Positions 1 through 9,417 of a DNA stretch of 64,000 bases are shown here, in pieces. The position numbers were made by a program, and so were the translations under genes. The first letter of the stretch is position 1; every line of letters begins with the position of its first letter. Under the pieces are notes generated by a model. The model did not search any database, had not been told where the DNA came from, and was given only the letters and a program-made list of their open reading frames with translations. Source of the stretch: a virus; IMG/VR virus record IMGVR_UViG_3300019880_000001, positions 19,914 through 83,913 of that record; one strand, 5' to 3'.

Positions 1-272
1 CGTTCGTCGCTGAGTTCGCCCTCGAACCTCTCTCGTTGCTTGTCGAGCTTGTCACCGAGGCTTGCGGTTACAGCTTCTTTGGAGGCTTGCAGCGCTTCGT
101 ACTGCTTCTTCTGTTCTTCGATGCGAGCCTCGAGCGCGCCGACTAGCTTCGCGTCTTTCCCGCGCATCATGCCCCACACCGCGCCGACGCCGGCGACCGC
201 CATCGTGAGCAAGTATGGCCCTATTCCATGGGTCAGGTCTTGCGCCACGTTCGGTGGAGGCGTGTCGATCAC
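1..272 (-). CDS. Membrane protein with one TM and coiled coil (holin-like?), truncated by the window edge
   Basis: GTG at 272 overlaps the stop of the upstream gene; reads VIDTPPPNVAQDLTHGIGPYLLTMAVAGVGAVWGMMRGKDAKLVGALEARIEEQKKQYE..., open to position 1. Confidence 0.6.
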   Translation of the reverse strand, partial: MIDTPPPNVAQDLTHGIGPYLLTMAVAGVGAVWGMMRGKDAKLVGALEARIEEQKKQYEALQASKEAVTASLGDKLDKQRERFEGELSDE

Positions 273-742
273 TCCGGTTCAGGCTCCGGTAACGTTGCTG
301 GGGGGATGGCTGGAGCGCTGATCCCAAGGTGCTGCTCGATCATGGCGAGCCTGATGCTTAGCGCTTGCTGCTCTGTCGAAAGCTTGTGCGAGCGGTTCCG
401 AAGCTGACGAAGCCACTTGGCGTGTTCGTCGCCGCGTTTCGCCTCGTCACGAATCAGTTTGGCGTGCTCGTCTCCACGTTGTGTTTCTCGTTGGTAGTGC
501 TCCGCGATCATGCTTCTGATGTCGTGCACCGCCAACAAGATGCGCTCGTCTCGCTTGTCGATCTGTCCGATCAAGTCCTGACGAAAGTGACCGAAAACTT
601 CGAGTACGTCTTCCACGCTGGGGGATTTGATCGGTTGGGTCTTCCCGAAACTTTCGGGAGCAGGAACTCCGGCCTCAGTTGTGCGCTCCCACGGCGGCGG
701 AACCATCTCTTCGATCGAGTCGGGGACGTGTTCGTCGCTCAT
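269..742 (-). CDS. Hypothetical coiled-coil protein
   Basis: MSDEHVPD... start; ATGA overlap with the upstream gene; internal repeat RGDEHAK x2. Confidence 0.65.
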   Translation of the reverse strand: MSDEHVPDSIEEMVPPPWERTTEAGVPAPESFGKTQPIKSPSVEDVLEVFGHFRQDLIGQIDKRDERILLAVHDIRSMIAEHYQRETQRGDEHAKLIRDEAKRGDEHAKWLRQLRNRSHKLSTEQQALSIRLAMIEQHLGISAPAIPPATLPEPEPE

Positions 743-1575
743 GTGTGGCTCGGCTCGATCTGCTGCTTGCGGGGTACGTAATAGACGATGAGCGCGCCAA
801 CAACCAGCGCGGCCGTGCCTGCGGCGGCGATCCCAGCCCAGTGGAGCGTTTTGGGTAACCCCTTCGCGGTTTCGGTGAGCCCTACGGTAGTGGCTTCTAC
901 CATATCGTGTACTTCTCCGAGCAGCTCGCCTGCGGAGTAGCCGATGAGTTCGATGACACCCTTCGTGGAGATGTAGGACCCCTCGATGCGCGCGCGGATC
1001 TCCTGTTGGAGGCTGAACGATGGCACGTCCGGGAGATGCAACGGGATGTTCCAGAGCTTCGAGAGCGCGATCAGCTCTTGCGTGTAGGGGCCGCCGACGC
1101 GCATGACGACGTCTTGGTGCCACTTGAGCATCGACGACGCGCCGGCAAGGAGATCGGCGCTCGACTTGTCCTTCCAGGCATTCCACTGCGTCAGGATGCC
1201 GCCCGGGTCCGTGTTGCTCGTACGAATGCGCGCGAGCGACAACGAGGAGCAAAACTCCTGGTTCGCGCTCGGGGGGATCTGAGCTTTGGTGAAGATGCCC
1301 GGCGGACACTGTTTCGTGTCCGGTAGGCTCTCGAGGAGGTCGGCCAAGTTCCGCCAGAGCGCGAGCTGCGCTCCGATGTACGGGTCCCACTCTTGCCGGT
1401 ACGCGAGCAAATCTCCGACGTCGCCGACCCCGACGCCACTCAGCCCCGAGTTGAGCGACGGATCGAGCGCGATGACGCGACGGCCGCCGTAGTAGATCCC
1501 CTCTGGTCGGATGATGGGGCACTCTCCGAGCCCCAACACCGGACGGCCACCGAAGGAAACGGTTTCGTTGATCAT
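739..1575 (-). CDS. Putative virion membrane protein, C-terminal TM anchor
   Basis: Starts MINETVSFGGRPVLGLGE; ends WAGIAAAGTAALVVGALIVYYVPRK; translational coupling at both ends. Confidence 0.7.
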   Translation of the reverse strand: MINETVSFGGRPVLGLGECPIIRPEGIYYGGRRVIALDPSLNSGLSGVGVGDVGDLLAYRQEWDPYIGAQLALWRNLADLLESLPDTKQCPPGIFTKAQIPPSANQEFCSSLSLARIRTSNTDPGGILTQWNAWKDKSSADLLAGASSMLKWHQDVVMRVGGPYTQELIALSKLWNIPLHLPDVPSFSLQQEIRARIEGSYISTKGVIELIGYSAGELLGEVHDMVEATTVGLTETAKGLPKTLHWAGIAAAGTAALVVGALIVYYVPRKQQIEPSHT

Positions 1576-1754
1576 CGTTTTTTCTTCTTTCGAACCTTGT
1601 GCGCGACCTCTTCGATGGCCCATCCGGCTGCCGCGCTCACAACGCTCGATGCGATCAACATCGGCCACGGTGACGCCGTCTTCGTGGTCGGCGGTGAAGG
1701 ATCGGAGCTTTCACCGAAACCGACTACGGGATGGCCGCCGTAGTGGACGATCAT
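1572..1754 (-). CDS. Small membrane protein with basic tail
   Basis: MIVHYGGHPVVGFGES..., TM, then KVRKKKKR; ATGA overlaps. Confidence 0.65.
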   Translation of the reverse strand: MIVHYGGHPVVGFGESSDPSPPTTKTASPWPMLIASSVVSAAAGWAIEEVAHKVRKKKKR

Positions 1755-2467
1755 GACTTGTCTCGCGCCCACGCCTTGAACATCATGAGCACACCCATCT
1801 CTGGGATGCCTGCGGTTGGTATTTCGGCCACGGACGTCAACGGTGCGGTTACGGGCGCGTCGACCATGTAGCGGTACGCACCAGGACCGAGATCATCGTC
1901 TTCTGGCCAGTTGGGTGGAAGCAAAGATCCTGGCGGGTACGCGACGGCGTTCAGCTCCGGCTTCGTCGCTGCCGCCGCCTCGAACATGCGACTGCCTTGG
2001 GCGATGAACTCCGGCGGGAGCGGTATGCCGCTCATCCCTGCGACTGCGACGGCGATCCGTTGTCCGGCTTTGACGGTGCTGTTCGCTTGGACTGGCTTCC
2101 ACCCCGACGCCGCCGGCGACGGTGCCGGTGTCGGCACTGGTGTTATCGGTACGGGTGACGGAGAGACTGTCGCCGCCGGCGTCGTCGATGTGGGGTTGGC
2201 TGCGCGCTCTTTCTTCGCAGCGGTGTTGACGATGTGCATGCCGACAGCGGCTCCGGCTATTACGCCCCCGAAGCCGCCTACGATCGCGCCGGCAGCCGTT
2301 CCGACGCCCGCTTTGATCATTTGCCCGACAACGGTTCCGCCGATCACACCCACGACGAGTCCGACAGCCGGCGCGACGATTATCCCCTCGAGCAGCGCCT
2401 TCTCTCCTTCTTCGTCGCCGAAACCGACAACCGACACACCGTTGAGAGAAATTCGTTCGTGCATCAT
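1751..2467 (-). CDS. Glycine-zipper membrane protein with Pro/Thr linker and C-terminal domain
   Basis: MMHERISLNGVSVVGFGDE; GxxxG-rich TM pair; ATGA overlaps. Confidence 0.7.
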   Translation of the reverse strand: MMHERISLNGVSVVGFGDEEGEKALLEGIIVAPAVGLVVGVIGGTVVGQMIKAGVGTAAGAIVGGFGGVIAGAAVGMHIVNTAAKKERAANPTSTTPAATVSPSPVPITPVPTPAPSPAASGWKPVQANSTVKAGQRIAVAVAGMSGIPLPPEFIAQGSRMFEAAAATKPELNAVAYPPGSLLPPNWPEDDDLGPGAYRYMVDAPVTAPLTSVAEIPTAGIPEMGVLMMFKAWARDKS

Positions 2468-2883
2468 GACGCGCGTCTCCAGTGAACCAATGTGGCAGTG
2501 GTCCCTACGGCGAGGCTGATCACCGTGAGGACACCGATCGTGCGGTCCAAACCCGAGCCGGACGGCGGAGCGATACCAGCCCCCTCCGACGTCCCGCCCG
2601 GGAGGTAGATGCCTGCGCTTCGGAAGCAACCCTGCACGAAGTCATTCTTCTCGTCGCGGCCCCAAGCGCGCGGCTCGACACGAATGAGCGTCGTGACGCC
2701 GGGGAGCGGGTAGCTCTCGGTCGCTCCGAGCGGCACGGAAGGATCGGCGACGATGGCTTTCGCGCGCTGCGCTAGAGCGTCCGGAATCGGACCGTCTGCG
2801 TCAGACCACGTGCGCCACCCATCCGGGGTCGGTACGACCGGACACTGAGCTGCAAGCTGGGATCCGGCGCCGAATTGGGCCAT
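2464..2883 (-). CDS. Membrane-anchored protein (domain resembles 28097-28546)
   Basis: PDGWR...ALAQRAKAI...G...IRVE domain, then C-terminal TM and RR. Confidence 0.7.
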   Translation of the reverse strand: MAQFGAGSQLAAQCPVVPTPDGWRTWSDADGPIPDALAQRAKAIVADPSVPLGATESYPLPGVTTLIRVEPRAWGRDEKNDFVQGCFRSAGIYLPGGTSEGAGIAPPSGSGLDRTIGVLTVISLAVGTTATLVHWRRAS

Positions 2884-2966
2884 CCCAGGTTAGAGTACGC
2901 GCAACGCCTTGACACGTCTACTCGCAGGGGCGTAAGTATACCCAAGGGTAAACGACGGCGAAACGG
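2884..2966. promoter_or_regulatory. Divergent promoter region
   Basis: TTGACA at 2909-2914 (+); TACTCT at 2897-2892 (-), 8 nt before ATG 2883. Confidence 0.45.
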
Positions 2967-3170
2967 ATGGTAACCCCTGTGAAGATTCCGACGAAAACCA
3001 GATTCGTAGGACTCAAATTTACCCCCGAGCAGCACCGCGAAATAGCGGAACGTGCTGGTCATTCTGGGATTCACTTGAGCGCTTGGATGCGATCGATTTT
3101 AGTCCAGGCTGCCAACCAGAAGCCACGCAAGGGGTATCTTCGTATTCGCGAGCCAGACGGAGCGACCTGA
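2967..3170 (+). CDS. Ribbon-helix-helix-like DNA-binding protein
   Basis: KTRFVGLKFTPEQHREIAERA...LSAWMRSIL, CopG/MobC-like pattern. Confidence 0.6.
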   Translation: MVTPVKIPTKTRFVGLKFTPEQHREIAERAGHSGIHLSAWMRSILVQAANQKPRKGYLRIREPDGAT

Positions 3171-3761
3171 ATGGATCCTCGCAAACTGATGGGTTTCCAA
3201 GTTCCTGGGGACCAGAAGGTGCCCATTCCGGTCCGTGACTGGAATGGGATGAAGCTCGCGCTGTGGCGCAGCAAGACGGCGTGGGAGATCGCGGCGCGAG
3301 AGGCCGCTACGATCTTGAACCAGTGCGCGCACGCGGACGGCTGCGAAGCCGTGCGGGACGAGACGAGGCCGTGCCGGTCAGACGTCTACGCAAGGGACCC
3401 TCAGGGTCCCGACGAGACGGATGAGGCGTACGCGCAGCGTCCCGGTGTTCTCGTCCAAAGCGGGTGCCCCGATCGTGAGCGCCGGATGAGCGCGCTCGTC
3501 ATCCTCAACGCCGCGCGCATGTTCGCGCCGGTCGACGTCCGGCGTCCTTCCAGCGAACCGTACTTCGCCCCGAGCCGCGAATACTTCAGTGAAGTGCTCG
3601 CAGAGCTTAGTGCCGCACAGATCGAGCTAGAGGCCCTCCGCGAAGCGCTGCGCGCAGCAGACGTGCCGGTACCCTCACCGCCCGAGCTCGCGCCGTCTAC
3701 TCTCACCGAACGCGCACCGCCCCCACAACTACCGCCCGCACCACTCGAGGAGTCACAGTGA
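3171..3761 (+). CDS. Hypothetical protein
   Basis: 196 aa ORF coupled to the downstream gene; Cys/His motif C-x-H-xxx-C. Confidence 0.6.
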   Translation: MDPRKLMGFQVPGDQKVPIPVRDWNGMKLALWRSKTAWEIAAREAATILNQCAHADGCEAVRDETRPCRSDVYARDPQGPDETDEAYAQRPGVLVQSGCPDRERRMSALVILNAARMFAPVDVRRPSSEPYFAPSREYFSEVLAELSAAQIELEALREALRAADVPVPSPPELAPSTLTERAPPPQLPPAPLEESQ

Positions 3762-4129
3762 AATTCGTACCCAGGCGCAACCAAGTCATCGGCCGTGTGG
3801 TCATCAGACGAACCCTGACGTCGATCGTTTTGGTCGACGAGTCGAAGGTCACGAAGTTCATCTTGATCGACGCGGTCGGCGAGGAAGCCGCCGCGAACGG
3901 AGTCAAGGTCGGTGACGTGATCGTGCCGTTGACGATCAACAACATCATGCTCAACAACGGCTTCCGGCCTGTGCTCGACGAGAAGAACATCGCGTTCTTC
4001 GTGACGGACATCGCGCCGGGCGAGCTCATGGTTCAGACGGACAGCGGCAGCAAGTACGTCCCACTCGATGCGGAGGACGCGGCGCAATCTCTCGGCGCGC
4101 CCAGTGTCGACCAAGAAGAGGCAGCTTGA
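3758..4129 (+). CDS. GroES/Cpn10-like co-chaperonin
   Basis: MKFVPRRNQVI...SIVL...IDAVG...VKVGDVIV...VLDEKNIAFFV aligns by eye with the Cpn10 pattern (P..DRV, GIVL, AVG, VKVGD.V, E.DILA). Confidence 0.6.
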   Translation: MKFVPRRNQVIGRVVIRRTLTSIVLVDESKVTKFILIDAVGEEAAANGVKVGDVIVPLTINNIMLNNGFRPVLDEKNIAFFVTDIAPGELMVQTDSGSKYVPLDAEDAAQSLGAPSVDQEEAA

Positions 4130-4803
4130 CGTACGGCGCTCGTGACATCATTCGGCGTCAACGCGCCGATTGCGCGTGCGAGACACCCGCACGCGCACCC
4201 GCTCGTGCGTTCGTTCGCGAAAGCGGCGGACGGATCGTACGTCCGCGCGCGTTCATGCGCGCAGAGGTCTTCGAGCGCGCCAAGACTCACCGGCCGCGCG
4301 ACGCCGAGCCGATCGTGCTCGCAGGCAAGCCCGGCTCGAAGTGTCGGCCGTTCCTCAAGGTCGAGAAGGACGCCGAGAAGTTCGCAGCGTGCAACGCGCT
4401 CGCCGACGAGCTCGGGCCCCTCAACGAGCCCGAGAAGATGTACCAGATCATCGAAGACGCCATCGGAGATGAGGTCAACGAAGTCTTCGGCGTTCTGATG
4501 CTCGACATCCACTTGCGTTTCAAGGGTCTCGCCGAGACCGGGCGCGGAGAGCCGTCGAGCGTGATGGCGCCTTTGAAGCCGACGCTTCAGATGGCGCTCA
4601 TCTCCGGTGCAGATTCGATCGTGTTGTGGCACGTGCACCCCTCCGGGATCGAAGCCGAGCCCAGCGACGCGGACAAGGAAACCACAGAAGCGTTCGCCGA
4701 AGCGTGCGAGGCCATCGACCTGCCGCTACTGGATCACTTGATCATCGGCGGTGACATTCGGAACCGTAGCTACTTCAGTTTCGCAGAGGACGGCTTACTA
4801 TGA
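4126..4803 (+). CDS. radC: JAB/MPN domain protein, RadC family
   Basis: E.FGVLMLD...HVHPSG..AEPSDAD...LLDHLII, intact JAMM metal-binding motif. Confidence 0.85.
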   Translation: MTYGARDIIRRQRADCACETPARAPARAFVRESGGRIVRPRAFMRAEVFERAKTHRPRDAEPIVLAGKPGSKCRPFLKVEKDAEKFAACNALADELGPLNEPEKMYQIIEDAIGDEVNEVFGVLMLDIHLRFKGLAETGRGEPSSVMAPLKPTLQMALISGADSIVLWHVHPSGIEAEPSDADKETTEAFAEACEAIDLPLLDHLIIGGDIRNRSYFSFAEDGLL

Positions 4804-5210
4804 ACGCGCCCGCCAACAATCAGAGGCGCTTGCCGGCGCCGAACCCGAACTCACCCGTGCTCACTCGGATGATTTCCGATCCGTTCTTCAACGAGCAGCC
4901 CGAAGCGATCACCTGGACGCTCTATGCAGATCACCCGCTCGCGACGGGCATGAAGGTGGTACGGATGTTCGTCAATCACGACGGTGTCGAAGTGTATTCG
5001 GCGCCCGCAGATCCGTCGAGACCATGCCTGCGCAACATCATTCCGATCTCGAAGGTGCGTCTCACCGAAGAATCGATGCCGTTCACCCTCTTCGCCGAAG
5101 AGCTGACCGACGCCGAAACAGAAGAAGACGATGACGACGACGACGAAGATGATCCGGAACCGGAGCCCGGTGAGAGCTCAACGGTCACGTCGGGTACCAC
5201 GTCGTCTTGA
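4800..5210 (+). CDS. Hypothetical protein with acidic C-terminus
   Basis: 136 aa, poly-D/E tail, ATGA overlap. Confidence 0.65.
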   Translation: MNAPANNQRRLPAPNPNSPVLTRMISDPFFNEQPEAITWTLYADHPLATGMKVVRMFVNHDGVEVYSAPADPSRPCLRNIIPISKVRLTEESMPFTLFAEELTDAETEEDDDDDDEDDPEPEPGESSTVTSGTTSS

Positions 5211-5227
5211 AAGCAGGACTTGTCAGA

Positions 5228-6847
5228 ATGTCTCGCGGCAGTAGAAAACGCGAGCAGGACGCAAGCGAGCGCCACTCGGGTGCAGCCGGCATACCCGCTC
5301 AAGAAGACGAAGCCGACATCTTGGAAGAGGTGGGCGGCGAACGCGACGAAGGCGGAGAGCTCATGGTAGACGAGGCGTCTGTCGTGGCCGTAGGCGCGGT
5401 CGACGCCGACAGCGTGCGCACCAATCGGCGCATGGACGCTGTCGTGAAGAAGAAGCGTGGAGGCGAGAAGCACGTCACGTTCAACACCGACGACTTGCTC
5501 ACCATGTACGAGAGCTTGATCAAGGTGTGGGCTCCGAACACGCTCGACATCAGTGTCAGGCGCATGACCGGCTCCGCAGTCACGCGGGTGATCACCAGCC
5601 GTCCTCGATCTGGGGTGGAGCTCTACGAAGCGATCAGGGCCATGCACGGCCTGTGCGAGGAGTCCGAGTACGAGGTCAAGTTCCTCGACACCAACCGCAA
5701 AATGTATCGCGGCACCGGCCGAATCACGATGCCGGACACGCGCGTTACATCGCCGCAAGGACAATCGCCCATGTACCCGCCGAACGGTGCGCCTCTAGGA
5801 TACCCTCCGCCGCAAACGTACCCGCCTCAGCAGGTGCCTCAAGCGGCCCCCGTAGGCGCTCCGCCCGGATCTGATCCGATGGCGATGATGCACCAGATGT
5901 TTCAACTGTTCCAACAGATGCAAGCGTCGGTGCAACCGCAGTCGCCGTTCCAAGCACCGCAAATGCCGGCAACCGCGCCGGTGTCTTCACCGCAAGTCGG
6001 ACCCATGGATCCGATGGCGATGATGAATCAGATGTTTCAGATGTTCCAGCAAATGCAGGGGCAGCAACCCGTGCACGCAGCTCCTCAGCCCGTAGCGGCG
6101 CCGGCGCCTGCTCCGTCGCCGCCAGGAGGGATCGATCAGTTGGCGATGCTGGAGCGGTGCTTCGAGCTCTTCCAGAAAATGCAGCCACCGCCGGCGCCGG
6201 TTAGCCGTGGGCCGTTCCAGCGCGACCCACGGGCTCCTTACTACCCGCAAGGAGAACGGGCGGGTGGCCCAGAGCGTACCGGCGCACCGCAGCAACACCA
6301 ACCGCCCCAGCGCCCTCCGTCGATGGTCGAGCAGTTCCGCGAATCGATCGGCATCGTGCGTACAGCACGGAGCATGCTCGACGAAATGGAAGGGCTGATG
6401 CCCGGAAGCTCCCAAGAGGCACCTACGGTGTCGGGCTTGGGCGACGACGATGAGGATAGCCCGATCAAGATCATCGACACCGGCGCCGGAAAGATCGTCG
6501 TCAACAAGCACGACGGCGGCATGCGCCTCTGGGAATCCGGCTTCGCGAACCTGCCCGACATCCTCAAGTGGGGTGGCGAGCAGATCCAGAAGATCAACAA
6601 GACGAACTCCGAGCGCCAACTGCAACAGCAGCAGCCACGACAGCAACTCCCGCCCGGCTACGTCGAGGTGCACCCCGGATACCGCCCACCGCCCGGGTAC
6701 GTGGCGGTCGCAGTCGATCAAGAGCAACCGCAGCAAGAGGAGAGGCTTCCTCCGCCGCCCACGAACTTGCCTCCGCCGATCCATTCGTCGCCATCGAGGG
6801 AAGCGTGGGGCGAGCCAGTGATCACCGATCAAGTCGAGAACGAGTAG
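5228..6847 (+). CDS. Pro/Gln-rich protein with DPMAMMxQMFQ repeats
   Basis: Long ORF; repeats DPMAMMHQMFQLFQQMQ, DPMAMMNQMFQMFQQMQ, DQLAMLERCFELFQKMQ; PPGYV x2; start uncertain. Confidence 0.7.
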   Translation: MSRGSRKREQDASERHSGAAGIPAQEDEADILEEVGGERDEGGELMVDEASVVAVGAVDADSVRTNRRMDAVVKKKRGGEKHVTFNTDDLLTMYESLIKVWAPNTLDISVRRMTGSAVTRVITSRPRSGVELYEAIRAMHGLCEESEYEVKFLDTNRKMYRGTGRITMPDTRVTSPQGQSPMYPPNGAPLGYPPPQTYPPQQVPQAAPVGAPPGSDPMAMMHQMFQLFQQMQASVQPQSPFQAPQMPATAPVSSPQVGPMDPMAMMNQMFQMFQQMQGQQPVHAAPQPVAAPAPAPSPPGGIDQLAMLERCFELFQKMQPPPAPVSRGPFQRDPRAPYYPQGERAGGPERTGAPQQHQPPQRPPSMVEQFRESIGIVRTARSMLDEMEGLMPGSSQEAPTVSGLGDDDEDSPIKIIDTGAGKIVVNKHDGGMRLWESGFANLPDILKWGGEQIQKINKTNSERQLQQQQPRQQLPPGYVEVHPGYRPPPGYVAVAVDQEQPQQEERLPPPPTNLPPPIHSSPSREAWGEPVITDQVENE

Positions 6848-6855
6848 AGGCCGTC

Positions 6856-7038
6856 GTGCGATACCGCATCATGATGGGCATCACGGTAGAAGCCGGCGGC
6901 GAACGCCAAGCCTACGATCAAGCCAAGAAGCTAGAGGAGCTCCTCAAGGGACCCCTGGTGAAAATGGCGGTCATGGGCGAAGGAATTCAACTTTCCGGCG
7001 ACGGGCGTCCGGTCGTACATCACCCGCAACGCGAATAG
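6856..7038 (+). CDS. Small hypothetical protein
   Basis: GTG after GAGG; VRYRIMMGITVEAGGERQAY... Confidence 0.5.
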   Translation: MRYRIMMGITVEAGGERQAYDQAKKLEELLKGPLVKMAVMGEGIQLSGDGRPVVHHPQRE

Positions 7039-7058
7039 TCGAGCCGAAAAAGCAGACA

Positions 7059-7101
7059 TTGACAACTCGTCTGGACTAGTCCCCGGCGACGCGCGTACCC
7101 T
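7059..7101 (+). promoter_or_regulatory. Promoter-like region with palindrome
   Basis: TTGACA 7059-7064, perfect palindrome GGACTAGTCC 7073-7082, TACCCT 7096-7101 six nt before ATG 7108. Confidence 0.45.
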
Positions 7102-7107
7102 TTGGGG

Positions 7108-8334
7108 ATGCGGGAGTACGTAGTTCAGGCCGGCGACAGTCCCGCGAGCATCGCCGCGAAAGACGAGATGGCCGGTTGCCCCAAGTGTGCGATCGATCTC
7201 GTCCGCGCGAATCCCCACAAGAAACCTGTCGTTCACCCGAACGGATTCGCCTCGTTCGAGAGCTTGAGGGCCGGTGAGAAGCTCAGGTTGCCCGAGAAGT
7301 GGTTCAACGGCGATTTGGAGTCTAGACCGCGCGCTTACTTCGCAGCGCTCCCCCACTACGATGGGGTGACCCCCGGCGTCGGCGCACCCAACGTGCTCAA
7401 CGATTACGCCGCGCTCGACGCCGCCGCTGCGAGAGTAGGATCTCTCGCCGCTCTCGGTGATCGAGAGTTCGCTGCCGCCGTCAACAGCGCCGCTGACGCT
7501 GTGGATGCGTCCGTTCGAGAGATAGGCGAAGCGGAAACCGTACCTACCGTCTACGCCGCCCCGTACGCGAGAGATGTGCGCGCAGCGACAGCTCAGGCGA
7601 GGCAGTACAACAACATGGTGCTCGACTCGGCTATCGCCGCCGGCGACACACAAGAGGCGTTCCAAGCACGTACCGAAATCTTGAAGAAGCTCTCGGGCGC
7701 GCTCGGGTCGGCACGCCTCGCGTTGCAATCGTTCTACGGAGACGCCGGGGCGGGCGGCGCCGAGCGACCGGCACCGCCACCGCCTGTACCTGAGATACAA
7801 GTGGATATCGGTCCGGCGACGATCGATCCGAAGCCGGTACCGCCGGCCACCGTCGTCACTTCGGCGCAAGCCGCAGCAGCCGCCATGAGCGCGGACGCCA
7901 ACTACTGCGCGTCGGTTTCTCGGCCTGGGAGCGCAGTCAATTCGGCCGTTCATGCGTTCAAAACGGCTTGGAACTCCTCGAATCCGAGCTCGCCGGTGCC
8001 CATCAACACCAGCACCTACGAGCAGGCAACGGCCGATGCGATCAGGCTCGCGATCGGAGCCGCTCCTACCGCGTGCGGCGCCGGCGCGGCGACTGCGGTC
8101 CCGTCCCCCGCCGCGCCTCCTCTAGTAGTGCCGCCACAGCCGCAAGCGGCGCGTGGGATCGGCTTTGCCGGCATCCTGGGGCTTGGGTTGCTCGGCGCCG
8201 GCGCTGTCGGCGGCGCGATCTACTACGCCACCAAAGCGAAGCCCTCTACTCGTCGTCGTGTGCGCCGAGTAAGCCCACGACGACGATCTGGACAACGCGA
8301 CACCATTGGCCCCTGGAAGAAGGATCCGTCGTGA
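7108..8334 (+). CDS. LysM-domain membrane-anchored protein
   Basis: YVVQAGDSPASIA...LVRANP...LRAGEKLRLP (LysM); Cys-bounded domain shared with 15742-17220; C-terminal TM and basic tail. Confidence 0.8.
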   Translation: MREYVVQAGDSPASIAAKDEMAGCPKCAIDLVRANPHKKPVVHPNGFASFESLRAGEKLRLPEKWFNGDLESRPRAYFAALPHYDGVTPGVGAPNVLNDYAALDAAAARVGSLAALGDREFAAAVNSAADAVDASVREIGEAETVPTVYAAPYARDVRAATAQARQYNNMVLDSAIAAGDTQEAFQARTEILKKLSGALGSARLALQSFYGDAGAGGAERPAPPPPVPEIQVDIGPATIDPKPVPPATVVTSAQAAAAAMSADANYCASVSRPGSAVNSAVHAFKTAWNSSNPSSPVPINTSTYEQATADAIRLAIGAAPTACGAGAATAVPSPAAPPLVVPPQPQAARGIGFAGILGLGLLGAGAVGGAIYYATKAKPSTRRRVRRVSPRRRSGQRDTIGPWKKDPS

Positions 8335-8987
8335 TCGATAAGCCTGTAGTGGGCGTGCAGACTGACGCGAGACCGCACCCGGCTGGAGGAAAAGGAGCTC
8401 GGCTCTCGTTGAACGAGGTCGCCGAGCGCGCGTGGAAAGCGCGGATGAGCCCGCGCCTCCGAGCGTGGGTCACGCAGGTGCTCGACAAGGCCGGCGTGTC
8501 GACCGGCGGGCGCCGTCAGAAGGCACAGGCAGTACTGGATGCCTTCCGAAAAAAGGTGCCGTACATCGCCGATCCTGTGATGGGGGAGTTCATGGCGACG
8601 CCGGAGCAGTCGCTTTGCTTGGACGAAGGTGGACTCTGTTTCGTGGGCGGTGATTGCGACGACCACTCGATCGGTCTCGCCGCCGCGATGATGTCGATCG
8701 GCATCCCCGCCATGATCATCGGCGCGAGCTACAGAGATCCGATCGATGTTCCGACGCACGTGTTCATGGCGTTCCAGGACGACTTCAAGGACTGGGTGCG
8801 CATGGACGGTACGACGAAGCAGGCGGTGGGCCGCGTGTCTCCGAGCCGAAAAGAGTTCTGGGTCGAGCCCGGAGCCACGGCGAAGGATAGTGGCGAAGGC
8901 GACTTCGTGGGCATGAGCGGAGCGTCGTCAGGAATGCTCGCGGCGCCGGTATCTCTGTCCGATCTGCGCTACCCGGGCATACGTTAG
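8331..8987 (+). CDS. Transglutaminase-like (papain-fold) Cys-His-Asp protein, putative protease
   Basis: YIADP..EF..TP, GDCDD, THVF, WVRMDGT motifs. Confidence 0.8.
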   Translation: MIDKPVVGVQTDARPHPAGGKGARLSLNEVAERAWKARMSPRLRAWVTQVLDKAGVSTGGRRQKAQAVLDAFRKKVPYIADPVMGEFMATPEQSLCLDEGGLCFVGGDCDDHSIGLAAAMMSIGIPAMIIGASYRDPIDVPTHVFMAFQDDFKDWVRMDGTTKQAVGRVSPSRKEFWVEPGATAKDSGEGDFVGMSGASSGMLAAPVSLSDLRYPGIR

Positions 8988-9417
8988 TAAAACGCGCGTA
9001 TCCCGATCGTTTAACACGCGCAGATTATTTTCAATCGCGCACTCGCGTTGATCCGACGCCGATCTCCGGATCGACGCACACACGCAACCGTTCGTTCCTG
9101 TTGGCGTTTTATCCTTACGTGCGATCGGCGCACGAAGAGAGATCGCCTCTGTAACCACGACCGCAGTTCACCGCAATGCGTGTATTGCTGGACGCTTTGA
9201 TCTCGTGTTGCGATTCTTATGGACGAACCGTGACATGGGTCTTTACGACGATCGACTGTCTCAGCTCAGCGAACCGCGGCGTAGCCGACGTCTCGCTCAG
9301 CGACGTCCCCCATTGTCACAACCCACGCGGCGCAACCCGATGTTGCGCTCAAGCCCCGCGCCGATAGCTGAAGCGCGCCGGCCGTCGGCCGTTGCACGCG
9401 AATCCAAGGAAGAGAAG

